64,000 nucleotides of DNA from Candidatus Eremiobacteria bacterium (lineage in GTDB: Bacteria; Vulcanimicrobiota; Vulcanimicrobiia; Vulcanimicrobiales; Vulcanimicrobiaceae): NCBI GenBank assembly GCA_963737065.1, contig CAVTRC010000001.1, forward strand, positions 1,024,001 through 1,088,000, given 5' to 3'. Position numbers and translations under genes: made by a program. How positions within the stretch are numbered: position 1 is the first letter of the stretch; each line of letters begins with the position of its first letter. Below the pieces are notes generated by a model, which had not been told where the DNA came from, did no database searches, and saw nothing but the letters and a program-made list of their open reading frames with translations. Shown in pieces: positions 10,750 through 18,645 of this stretch.

Positions 10750-11547
10750 TTACGAACGAATCTCCGGATGCGCAGCATGCTCGGCATGCGCTTCATGGTC
10801 GAGACGCAAATGACCATGCGTGTGTGTATGCTCGCGAATGCCGGCATACGCGCCCGAAGCGACGACCTCATCGGGTGTGCCGATCGCGAGCACCGTACGA
10901 TCGAGCACCATCAAGCGATCGAACCACGCATTGACGTTGTCGAGATCGTGCGTCGTCATAAGGACCGGTAAGCCGTCCGCAACCACGTCGCGCACCACGC
11001 GCAAGAGCGCGCGTTCGGTCTCGGCGTCGACACCGGTCGTTGGTTCATCGAGCAACAGCAGCTTAGGCTGCTGGGCAATTGCGCGCGCAACGAATACGCG
11101 TTGCTGCTGGCCGCCCGAGAGGTTCGCAATGTGCCGATGCGCGAGCGACGTCATGTTCACGACACCGAGTGCGCGGTGCACGACTTCCCTGTCGTACTCG
11201 CTAAAGCGTTGCCAAAATTTCATCCGTGGAAATCGCCCCATGCAGACGACGTCCCACACGGTCGCGGGAAACGACCAGTCAACGGCTTCGACTTGCGGAA
11301 CGTACGCAATGCTGCCGGCGGGCAATCGCTGCGGCGCCGTGCCGAGCACGCGCAGATCGCCGGCCGAGGGCCGAAGCAATCCCGCAATCGTTTTGAGCAG
11401 CGTGGATTTTCCCGATCCGTTCGGCCCGATAATGCCGAGCGCTTCGCCGAACCGTACGTCGAGCGTTACGCCGTCGAGCGCAATAAAGCCGTCGTAGCCT
11501 ACGACAAGGCTCGCCGCGTGAACGGCTTCGCGCCGATGGTCGTTCAC
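10750..11547 (-). CDS. Zn/Mn ABC transporter ATP-binding protein with His-rich tail
   Basis: GPNGSGKST, YVPQ, LSGGQQQRV, LLLDEPTTGVD, THD. Confidence 0.95.
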   Translation of the reverse strand: MNDHRREAVHAASLVVGYDGFIALDGVTLDVRFGEALGIIGPNGSGKSTLLKTIAGLLRPSAGDLRVLGTAPQRLPAGSIAYVPQVEAVDWSFPATVWDVVCMGRFPRMKFWQRFSEYDREVVHRALGVVNMTSLAHRHIANLSGGQQQRVFVARAIAQQPKLLLLDEPTTGVDAETERALLRVVRDVVADGLPVLMTTHDLDNVNAWFDRLMVLDRTVLAIGTPDEVVASGAYAGIREHTHTHGHLRLDHEAHAEHAAHPEIRS

Positions 11548-12428
11548 CGCAGCGCCCGCACGATGACGTCGGTGTCATAATTGAGCATCCCGATATACGT
11601 CGATACGCGCGGATCGGTACCGATCGAATCGTCGTAGAGGTTATCGACGACCGCAATATTGGCGTTGTGCGCGATCTGCTGCGCAATCTTCGCGCTGTAT
11701 TCCGGCTCCGCGAAGATCGCGCGCACGTGATGCGCGCGCGCGAGGCCGATCAGTTGCGCGATCTGCTGCGGATTCGGATCCTGTCCCGGATTGGCTTCGA
11801 TAAAACCAAGCGAAGTGATGCCGAAGCGATCGTTGTAATACAGCCACGCGTTGTGGAAAACGATCATATAGCGACGCGTCTGCGGAATGGTGGAAATCTT
11901 GCGCGCAATGGTAGTACGGAGTTGGTCGAGCGAGGCCGCATAGCGCCTGGCATTCGTGCGGTACTGCTCGCCGTGTTGCGGGTCGAGCTTGATCAACCCA
12001 TCCCGGATCGCAAACACGTAATGCTTCGCATTTACCGGGTCCATCCACAAGTGCGGATTTTGATCTTTGATCGTGAGACCGCTGGAACAAACGACGGTGC
12101 GCAACGAACGCGAGCCGACATTTGCGATCGTCTTCCCAAGCCACGTCTCCAAGCCCGCGCCGTTCTCCACCAGAAGCGCTGCTTCAGAGAGCATCGCCAC
12201 GTCCTGCGGCGTCGGCTGATACGTCTCGGGCGATGCGCCGATCGGTACGAGGCTCTTGACCTGCACGCGATTTCCGCCAACCGCCTGCACCATCGAGTTG
12301 AACGTGGAGATCGTTGTGACGACCACGATGCGTCCGTTTCCCGTCGATGCAGTTCGCTCCGACGAACACGCCGCGAACAACAGCGCAAGAGCGAATACCG
12401 GCCAGCGCGTTACCGGCACGCTGCGCAC
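11544..12428 (-). CDS. Zn/Mn ABC transporter substrate-binding lipoprotein (cluster A-I, TroA/ZnuA-like)
   Basis: Lipobox FAAC, ENGAGLE, NPHLWMDP, FHNAW; start could be GTG 12428 or 12419. Confidence 0.93.
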   Translation of the reverse strand: MRSVPVTRWPVFALALLFAACSSERTASTGNGRIVVVTTISTFNSMVQAVGGNRVQVKSLVPIGASPETYQPTPQDVAMLSEAALLVENGAGLETWLGKTIANVGSRSLRTVVCSSGLTIKDQNPHLWMDPVNAKHYVFAIRDGLIKLDPQHGEQYRTNARRYAASLDQLRTTIARKISTIPQTRRYMIVFHNAWLYYNDRFGITSLGFIEANPGQDPNPQQIAQLIGLARAHHVRAIFAEPEYSAKIAQQIAHNANIAVVDNLYDDSIGTDPRVSTYIGMLNYDTDVIVRALR

Positions 12429-12802
12429 TGTCCGTAGAACTCCATCGTGTGCGCGTCGAGTTCAAAGCCATGTAGCGCGCGCAACGATTGGGCGAAGTGC
12501 TCGATCGCGGAACAGTCGACGTCTTCGACGCGTCCGCAAGCCTTGCAAATGGCATGATGATGATGCTGCGCCGGCTCGCAGAACATGTACGTCGCCTCGC
12601 CGGCGTCGTCGACACGGATCGTTGCCTCGCCCTTTTCGCGAAGATGTTCGAGCGTACGATACACCGTGGAAAGCGCTACGCGAACGTCCTGCGCCTCTAG
12701 CGCGCGATGCACCTCAGCAGCGGAAAAGAACCGCCGCGCGCTGCGAAGCACCGCCGCAATTCGCCCGCGTGGACGCGTCGCGTATTCTGCCCGGGTAGCC
12801 AC
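12410..12802 (-). CDS. Fur-family regulator, probably Zur
   Basis: SAAEVH, LSTVYRTL, HHHHAICKACG, YGQCAAC; first gene of the metal ABC operon. Confidence 0.9.
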   Translation of the reverse strand: MATRAEYATRPRGRIAAVLRSARRFFSAAEVHRALEAQDVRVALSTVYRTLEHLREKGEATIRVDDAGEATYMFCEPAQHHHHAICKACGRVEDVDCSAIEHFAQSLRALHGFELDAHTMEFYGQCAACR

Positions 12803-12812
12803 GTTCGGCTTA

Positions 12813-12831
12813 TTTGCGAATTATTCGCAAA
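12813..12831. promoter_or_regulatory. Putative Zur/Fur operator, perfect 9-1-9 palindrome TTTGCGAAT-T-ATTCGCAAA
   Basis: AT-rich palindrome with AAT-N-ATT core, 10 bp upstream of the regulator start codon. Confidence 0.75.
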
Positions 12832-12832
12832 A

Positions 12833-13393
12833 TCATTGTGGGCAGCCCTTGGCAGCGTCCGTGGCGGCTGCACGGATTCCGTCGAGCCAGTACTGCGTCG
12901 CATCGTACCGCCCGGGGAGCGTCAAGTTGAGAGCTGCTGCGCGGTTTTGAATCTTCGGCAGGACGTTTTGGACCGGCGAGTATTTGCCGGTCGCATCGAG
13001 ATCCGCGCGAGCCAACAAGAGCCAGCCGTTCGCGACATACGCACGCGCGACGGGAATCTCAGCAGCGGGGCACGCTTTCGCGTTCTTCTCGCGGCTCAGA
13101 TCGGATTCCAGTGCGTACGCCCACGCTTGAACCGCATCGAGGTGGGCCGCAAGCGGCGCAAAATCCGCTTCGCTGCACACGCCGTGCAAAATTATCGACT
13201 CGTTATCGGCGCCCGAAATCACGGCTTGCAGGTCACCCAATCGCGTGTCCAGGTCGGCCGCGGACGGCGGACGCTTTTCATAGCCGCGCACCTGATCTTC
13301 GAGGTGCGTTGCGTTGAGGTCGTTACAACGAGCGAGCGCGACAACGGATGGTCCGCCGCTCAACGCGACAGCAAGAACGCCGGCAAAAAGCAT
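12833..13393 (-). CDS. Secreted hypothetical protein (helical, 4 Cys)
   Basis: Signal-peptide-like N-terminus; normal coding composition. Confidence 0.7.
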   Translation of the reverse strand: MLFAGVLAVALSGGPSVVALARCNDLNATHLEDQVRGYEKRPPSAADLDTRLGDLQAVISGADNESIILHGVCSEADFAPLAAHLDAVQAWAYALESDLSREKNAKACPAAEIPVARAYVANGWLLLARADLDATGKYSPVQNVLPKIQNRAAALNLTLPGRYDATQYWLDGIRAAATDAAKGCPQ

Positions 13394-13515
13394 ACCGTTC
13401 TATTCCTGCGTCAACACGGGCTTTACCGCTTCGCCGGAACGCAACGACTTAGCGCCGAGCCAAGCGAAGCAACCGGTCCTATGACATTTGCGGGCGGAAT
13501 GTGAGCCGCCCGTCT

Positions 13516-13545
13516 TTGACAGGGAGAGCGGCCGGCACGTATAAT
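13516..13545 (+). promoter_or_regulatory. Consensus sigma70 promoter of tRNA-Ala
   Basis: TTGACA (13516-13521), 18-bp spacer, TATAAT (13540-13545). Confidence 0.85.
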
Positions 13546-13573
13546 CCCTCGCGTTGCAAAAAGCGTTGGCCCT

Positions 13574-13649
13574 GGGGATGTAGCTCAGCTGGTAGAGCAC
13601 TTGCTTCGCATGTAAGGGGTCAGGAGTTCGAGTCTCCTCATCTCCACCA
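13574..13649 (+). tRNA. tRNA-Ala (anticodon CGC)
   Basis: 76-nt cloverleaf; GGGGATG acceptor stem, TAGCTCAGCTGGTAGAGC D arm, TT-CGC-AT anticodon loop, GTTCGAGTC T loop, encoded CCA. Confidence 0.97.
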
Positions 13650-13654
13650 ATTGC

Positions 13655-13687
13655 AAACGCCTGATTCTATCGGGCGTTTCTTCTTTT
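13655..13687 (+). terminator. Intrinsic terminator after the tRNA
   Basis: AAACGCCTGAT-TCT-ATCGGGCGTTT followed by a T-rich tract. Confidence 0.75.
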
Positions 13688-13940
13688 CAGCGAGTCGCGA
13701 TTGGCGCATCCCTGAGCGCGTTAGACCAAAAGCGTAACGTCGAATACGAAAGACGCCATCGATGCCATCTGGCATCAGGACGTTGGGTCCGTCAACGCTG
13801 GGAAATTAGACTATAGTTTACGCTCAAAAACCATCAAGATCCGCTTCAAGTATCCAACTGACTGTTCGCAATCTCAACTCCGACAAAAACAAACGGCTTC
13901 CCGATTGAGAATCTACTGGAAGGTCGAACTCTAATCGGAC

Positions 13941-14354
13941 CTATGCGTTCTTTTTCCTTGGGCTCGAGCGCTTTCGAGCCGGACGTCGTTGCGGCGCATT
14001 AGAAGCCGGCGAAACGGCGATGTTCGAGCGCGATGAGCCGTCGTAACCAAACGTTTGCGCCTCGTTCGCAAGCCAGTCGGGCCAGCGCTCTCGAAACTCA
14101 AGTGGTGAAAGAAGCAACAGTTCCACGAACTGGCGAAAGTCTTGTTGCTCCTCTTTCTGATATTGCTTTACGTAATCGGGAATGCTAATAATGTGCTGCT
14201 TCTCGAGCATCGACAACAGTGCCCGATGCCGAACTCTTGATCGCGCTAGCTCGTTTATGATTGCAGCCATCAGGCGATCAGGAGGGACGTTAATACTTCC
14301 CTCGTCGCCAGTTACAGGCTCAATCGGTGCTGCGCTATCCTTGCGGGAAGCCAT
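13941..14354 (-). CDS. Hypothetical protein, third gene of the TA-like operon
   Basis: 137 aa; TAATG overlap with the HTH gene; helical core and basic tail. Confidence 0.75.
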   Translation of the reverse strand: MASRKDSAAPIEPVTGDEGSINVPPDRLMAAIINELARSRVRHRALLSMLEKQHIISIPDYVKQYQKEEQQDFRQFVELLLLSPLEFRERWPDWLANEAQTFGYDGSSRSNIAVSPASNAPQRRPARKRSSPRKKNA

Positions 14355-14794
14355 TACGCCGCCAGGACCGTACCGCTGTCGCGTATCTCCGCATTGCGCT
14401 TATTGATCAGCTCCGCGATCGCGTCAACAGCGACGTCTTCTGACGCGCCTTGCGCGTAATCGCCAACAACGCAAACGTTGACTTGCCCAGCATTTACGGG
14501 GTCAATGATAAATGACAGCTGTATCCGTGCACCAGCCCCGGTTGCGAGACGCGTCAGGGTTCGCCACGCGATCCCCTTATTGTGGCCATTCTCGAGCTCG
14601 GAGACTAGCGTCGCCGGCAGGCCGCCGAACTTGGCCAAGTCTACCTGGCGCAACCCGGCGCGCGCGCGGAGTTGAATGAGAGCTGAAGCGAGTTCCGCCA
14701 AGCCGGCTGTTTCTTCCGCGTGCGCCTTGAGCTCGGGGAATTCTTGCGCGAGTTGATCGGTTAAACTCAGTGTCCTATTCGTTTTATTTTTCAT
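14354..14794 (-). CDS. XRE/HigA-like HTH antitoxin with C-terminal extension
   Basis: LRARAGLRQVDLAKFGGLPATLVSELENG, WRTLTRLA; ATGA overlap with the toxin gene. Confidence 0.85.
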   Translation of the reverse strand: MKNKTNRTLSLTDQLAQEFPELKAHAEETAGLAELASALIQLRARAGLRQVDLAKFGGLPATLVSELENGHNKGIAWRTLTRLATGAGARIQLSFIIDPVNAGQVNVCVVGDYAQGASEDVAVDAIAELINKRNAEIRDSGTVLAA

Positions 14795-15195
14795 TTTCTC
14801 GATTGTACGGAAAGCTGTCTCTTGTATGCACTCAGGTTACGAATGCCGTGCTCGGTGTCTTCGGGATCGATCTTGTTTGTTTTCTTTACCACGACATGAA
14901 GAACGACACACTCGACACCCGACGGATAATATGCAATCAGGAGTCTGATCCAATGATCTTTGGGTTTCTTAATTCCCGGGATCTTTTCGACCCGGAGTTC
15001 ATGTACGCCATCACGCAGAAGCGAGAGCGCACCAACAGCCTTTAAGGCCGCTTGGGGCGTAAGTTCCAGCACTTGAAGTGCGGTGTATACGGCGGGGCCG
15101 ACGCCAGGCAAACGCTTCGCGTCCTTGCTGAGAAACTGCCTGATAACATCCTTACTGCCTCCTGAAGAAAAGGCCGTTATCCGAATACTTGCCAC
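14791..15195 (-). CDS. RelE/ParE-superfamily (Gp49/HigB-like) toxin
   Basis: GVHELRV, WIRLL, VVLHVVVKKTNK pattern typical of Gp49-like toxins; directly upstream of an XRE gene. Confidence 0.8.
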   Translation of the reverse strand: MASIRITAFSSGGSKDVIRQFLSKDAKRLPGVGPAVYTALQVLELTPQAALKAVGALSLLRDGVHELRVEKIPGIKKPKDHWIRLLIAYYPSGVECVVLHVVVKKTNKIDPEDTEHGIRNLSAYKRQLSVQSRK

Positions 15196-15649
15196 TTCGC
15201 TTTTTCCCGAAGTCTACCTACCGTACACTTGCCGCCGGAAAATGTAAAGGGCGCGAAGTCGAGCCAAGGAGGCTGGAAAATAGAATCGCGACACTACCGA
15301 ACGGAAGTTCGATGTTTCCGCTCGCCTGCCTTGAGCCTTTTAGATTACAAGCCGCCAAAATTCTCCTTGGCGCGGGGCGCCGCGGCTGCAGCCACATCGC
15401 CATCTGCATCCAGTTTTCAGGCTGGCATGCGCAGAGCCGATCGAATCACGCCGCGGTTACTCGAATCACGCGATCTCTCCAGGACGACTCGTGACGCCCA
15501 AAACCGACCAACAACAACACGTAATCCTGCGGTCGTCAGCGCACAGCCTGCGATCAGGGATTCTCATTTTCCCACGGTTTACGCGCGATTTTCGCGCCAA
15601 TCGTCGACCGCGAAACGACGCGCGCCTATGTGCCATGTAAGCGGCCACT

Positions 15650-15678
15650 AGTTCGAGTCTCCCTCATCTCCTCCAATT
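15650..15678 (+). repeat. att-like degenerate duplicate of the tRNA-Ala 3' end
   Basis: AGTTCGAGTCTCCCTCATCTCCTCCAATT versus AGTTCGAGTCTCC-TCATCTCCACCAATT (1 insertion, 1 mismatch); followed by a similar AACGC..GCGTTT hairpin. Confidence 0.8.
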
Positions 15679-15941
15679 TACAACGCTTGCTGTTATTGAA
15701 GCGGGCGTTTTGTGTTCGCCCGAGACGGAGCGCTCGAAGACCTCGCGACTGGATGCCGTCGCGGCGGCGCAAGAACTACAAACGCTGCTGCGGCTCGACG
15801 CTGCGCGCGCTCTAAATAAATTCCATCGGGCTGCTGATTTGATTCTTATTCGCTCGCTATCGGGCGAATGTCGCGTTAGCGATTGAACGTACATCGCGCA
15901 ATGAACGCGCCGGTTTCAGTCGAGGTTAAACTACACCGTGC

Positions 15942-16328
15942 TCAATCGGGATTTTCGAGCTTTTCTTCGATTACTTTTGCGACCCGCTCCGGCGTTTCGT
16001 GAGCCGCGAAATTGCGAGCTGCGGGCGCACGGTGGAGAGTGCGCGGATCGTCGACAACTACGTGAATCCGCTCGCGTGTAACCACGTAGGGAAATTTGGG
16101 GTGCGCGCTCGGCGGCGCCGAAAAGCAAACCCGGTTCACGTCATTCTGCCAGCACCAGCCCGGCTCGGACTCGAGCCGTGAATAGCCCTTTGAAGCCAGA
16201 ATTTTCGCAGCTGACTTGGCCAGGTCGTCAAACTTTATGCCGGGTCTTCTTAGCATCGTCACCGTTGTTGTGTTCTTCCCATACCTTCGGATTCCGTTGA
16301 GGATCGGCCGTATCGACCGCATTGACAC
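15942..16328 (-). CDS. Hypothetical protein; start uncertain, possibly ATG 16256
   Basis: Open frame with globular-protein-like composition; no recognised motif. Confidence 0.45.
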   Translation of the reverse strand: MSMRSIRPILNGIRRYGKNTTTVTMLRRPGIKFDDLAKSAAKILASKGYSRLESEPGWCWQNDVNRVCFSAPPSAHPKFPYVVTRERIHVVVDDPRTLHRAPAARNFAAHETPERVAKVIEEKLENPD

Positions 16329-16341
16329 ATTGCGCTCGTAG

Positions 16342-16491
16342 TCAGGACTCCGTTGAGGAAAAACACTCGCAACTGCACCGAGCCCCGTTTTCCAGCACAG
16401 AAGCGCATGGGCCCCATGGGCCGACGTGGCTCGCTAGTGGGTGGTCGCATGTCTTGCACGGCTCGAACGCAACCATGGTATTCGTGGTCAT
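16342..16491 (-). CDS. Small Cys/His zinc-finger-like protein, 49 aa
   Basis: Manual translation MTTNTMVAFEPCKTCDHPLASHVGPWGPCASVLENGARCSCECFSSTES; GGGAG upstream; below the ORF-track cutoff. Confidence 0.6.
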   Translation of the reverse strand: MTTNTMVAFEPCKTCDHPLASHVGPWGPCASVLENGARCSCECFSSTES

Positions 16492-16595
16492 GGGTCCATT
16501 GTAACTCCCGGACGTACGTTCTGTCCGGTCGGCGCCGGCTGCGGCTGACCCGCAAGCCGCAAGCCAAGCGCCCTCAACGAGCGAGCAACATGATT

Positions 16596-17066
16596 CTAAC
16601 GCGTTTGGGGCGCGCGTGGCATCGCTTCGCCATTGGGGCAGAACGCTCCGTGGGTATCGTGACCGACGTAGTATGCGTGAATATCGTAGTGTTTGATCGG
16701 ATATCCGGCGTGACCGTATGGAACGAAATCAATATCGACGTGATCGATCTTGTAACCCGGTAAGGGCGCGAGCATTTTGTCCCAGCTTTTTCCGGCAGCG
16801 AACGCTTTTTGATCCACCATGATCTCCGTAAAAACCGGCTTGCCGTTATACACGCCGTAAATCGGTCCCAACGGCAAGTTTTTTAAATTCGCCCAGTGTT
16901 CTCCCATGCCGACGACGCATGGGCTCACGAGCACTGCATCAGCCGGAACGCCGGCCGGGTGAACTTTCGGTTGCGGCGGGAGCGGAGGCGGTGCGGCGGC
17001 ACCGACGTTCGGTAGAATCACCGTCGCAAACAACGAGAATGCACAAATAAGGGTCCGCAAGCGCAT
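16596..17066 (-). CDS. Secreted His-rich protein, TTHB210/DUF5602-like
   Basis: Signal peptide; PCVVGMGEHW, DHVDIDFVPYGHAGYPIKHYDIHAY; AGGAG before ATG 17066. Confidence 0.7.
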   Translation of the reverse strand: MRLRTLICAFSLFATVILPNVGAAAPPPLPPQPKVHPAGVPADAVLVSPCVVGMGEHWANLKNLPLGPIYGVYNGKPVFTEIMVDQKAFAAGKSWDKMLAPLPGYKIDHVDIDFVPYGHAGYPIKHYDIHAYYVGHDTHGAFCPNGEAMPRAPQTR

Positions 17067-17446
17067 CAAATTGACTCTCCTTATGTCGCAAATGGCAACG
17101 ATAAGAGCGTTAGTCGACTCGCGGGAATCCGAGTCCTTTTGCACTTCGAATCGCCGCCGCGAAACTACGTTACGTAAGAAAAATCTTCGATTTTGAATAC
17201 GTCTTTCTCAATCAGCAAAACGCACGAGCATTTCATTATCGCGATATGCGTTTTCAGCGAATTCGCGAACGCATTCCCCTGCGAAACTGCGCGAGGTACA
17301 TCAACGGCGAAGTCGTGGCGCGCGACGCGTTCGCGGCGCAGCGCGACAGCCGCGAACATCTTAGTGTTCGTGCTGTCGTATGCCGCCATGTAGTGTTGTC
17401 CGTCATTCGGCGGACGGGTGCGCCGTTTCGGCGGTAAGTTGTGTCG

Positions 17447-17782
17447 CTAACCGTTCGGCGGAGCGGTAGGACGCGCGTTGCCGCTCGTCCCACCGGTATC
17501 CGAACCGCCGTTGCTGCTGCTATCGTTCGAAGCACCGTTCTCAGGCGGAAGCGGTGCCGTCGTTCCCTGCGGGTTCGTCGTGCTGGTCGCACTGGACTTA
17601 TGATGCTTGTGCCCGGTGGACGTGGGCTTCTTCGTCGTTCCTTGCGTGGGCTGCGTTGCCGGCGTGGCTTGAGCCGTTCCGCCTTGGGTATTTTGCGTTT
17701 GAGTCGTCTGCGCAGCCGCGACACCGGTCAAGGCCACGGCCGCAATGATGGCTGCAGTCGCAGAGTGTCTCAGTTTCTTCAT
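17447..17782 (-). CDS. Secreted low-complexity Thr/Gln/Ser-rich protein
   Basis: MKKL..AAA signal peptide followed by a disordered region. Confidence 0.7.
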   Translation of the reverse strand: MKKLRHSATAAIIAAVALTGVAAAQTTQTQNTQGGTAQATPATQPTQGTTKKPTSTGHKHHKSSATSTTNPQGTTAPLPPENGASNDSSSNGGSDTGGTSGNARPTAPPNG

Positions 17783-17811
17783 GCCCCCGCTGTTGCCCAC
17801 CAGGAGCTAAC

Positions 17812-18192
17812 GTGAAACGACTACTACTTGTTCTTGCTTTCATGCTTTGCGGCGTATCGACCAGCGGCGTCGTCCGCAACGTACCGTACATCATCGGCTT
17901 TCGTCCGCTCAACAGCCGCACGCAGCCGTACGTCGGGCAGATGTATCTCAACTTCAATAACGGTATCGTCACCGGGCGCTACACCGATATTTCGATCCAG
18001 CCGAACAGTCCGTTTGCAAATCAAATGAACATCCCGGTGAGCGGCGGCGTCAGTAACGGCAACGTCATGCTAAACGTACGGCAAATAAGCTTTCGCGGAT
18101 CGCTCAAAGGCGAATGGATGAGCGGCAACGCGACGATTCGCGGACGCATTTACGTCTTCGAGGCCGAACAGGGAAAAGCGCCGGGAATGTAA
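17812..18192 (+). CDS. Secreted beta-rich hypothetical protein
   Basis: AGGAG RBS, GTG start, signal peptide. Confidence 0.75.
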   Translation: MKRLLLVLAFMLCGVSTSGVVRNVPYIIGFRPLNSRTQPYVGQMYLNFNNGIVTGRYTDISIQPNSPFANQMNIPVSGGVSNGNVMLNVRQISFRGSLKGEWMSGNATIRGRIYVFEAEQGKAPGM

Positions 18193-18194
18193 CG

Positions 18195-18635
18195 CTATTC
18201 GTAGTTTATCGCGTCGATCGTGTATTCGATCGGACCCGCGGGCCGAACAACGGTCACGCGATCGCCGACATGGTGGTCGGCAAGCGCGCGCGCAATCGGC
18301 GATTCCCAACTGATCGATCCTTTGAACGGATCGGCTTCATCTTCGCCGACGATTCGCACGCGTAAGCGTCCGCCATGCGCATCGTGTGCCTCGACCGTCG
18401 CACCAAATTCGACGACGCCGTTCGCGTGCGATGCGGGCTGAACGACGATCGCGGTTTCGACGCGTTCGCTGTAGTAGCGCAGGTCGCGCTCGTTTCCGTC
18501 GGACTCCGCGCGCGCGAGCGCCTCACGAAGCAGCTGCAAGCCGCGAGGTGTGACGTAATTCGGCGATTCGCTGACGGGTCGGTTGATTAATGGTTCCGGC
18601 CCGCCGTCGTCATCTTTGACAAAGGCTCGGCTCAT
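18195..18635 (-). CDS. GreA/GreB-family elongation factor (short form)
   Basis: MSRAFVK, NYVTPRG, VEFGATV, RIVGEDEAD, ISWESPIARAL. Confidence 0.9.
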   Translation of the reverse strand: MSRAFVKDDDGGPEPLINRPVSESPNYVTPRGLQLLREALARAESDGNERDLRYYSERVETAIVVQPASHANGVVEFGATVEAHDAHGGRLRVRIVGEDEADPFKGSISWESPIARALADHHVGDRVTVVRPAGPIEYTIDAINYE

Positions 18636-18645
18636 CGTCACCTTT

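Larger units (their letters stand above)
13650..15678. mobile_element. About 2-kb genomic islet integrated at the tRNA-Ala 3' end; no integrase present
   Basis: Flanked by the tRNA 3' end (13625-13652) and a degenerate direct copy (15650-15678); visibly lower GC; TA-like cargo. Confidence 0.75.

Noticed and set aside
13941..14354. SecB-like chaperone of a classical TAC system
   Set aside because: The sequence looks helical and lacks the alternating beta-strand pattern of SecB; left as unknown pending structure prediction.
15650..15678. Second tRNA gene
   Set aside because: Only the T arm and 3' acceptor strand are present; treated as an att-like duplication.
17165..17389. 74-aa ORF between secreted-protein genes
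   Set aside because: No RBS, motif or convincing composition, and competing ORFs exist on both strands.
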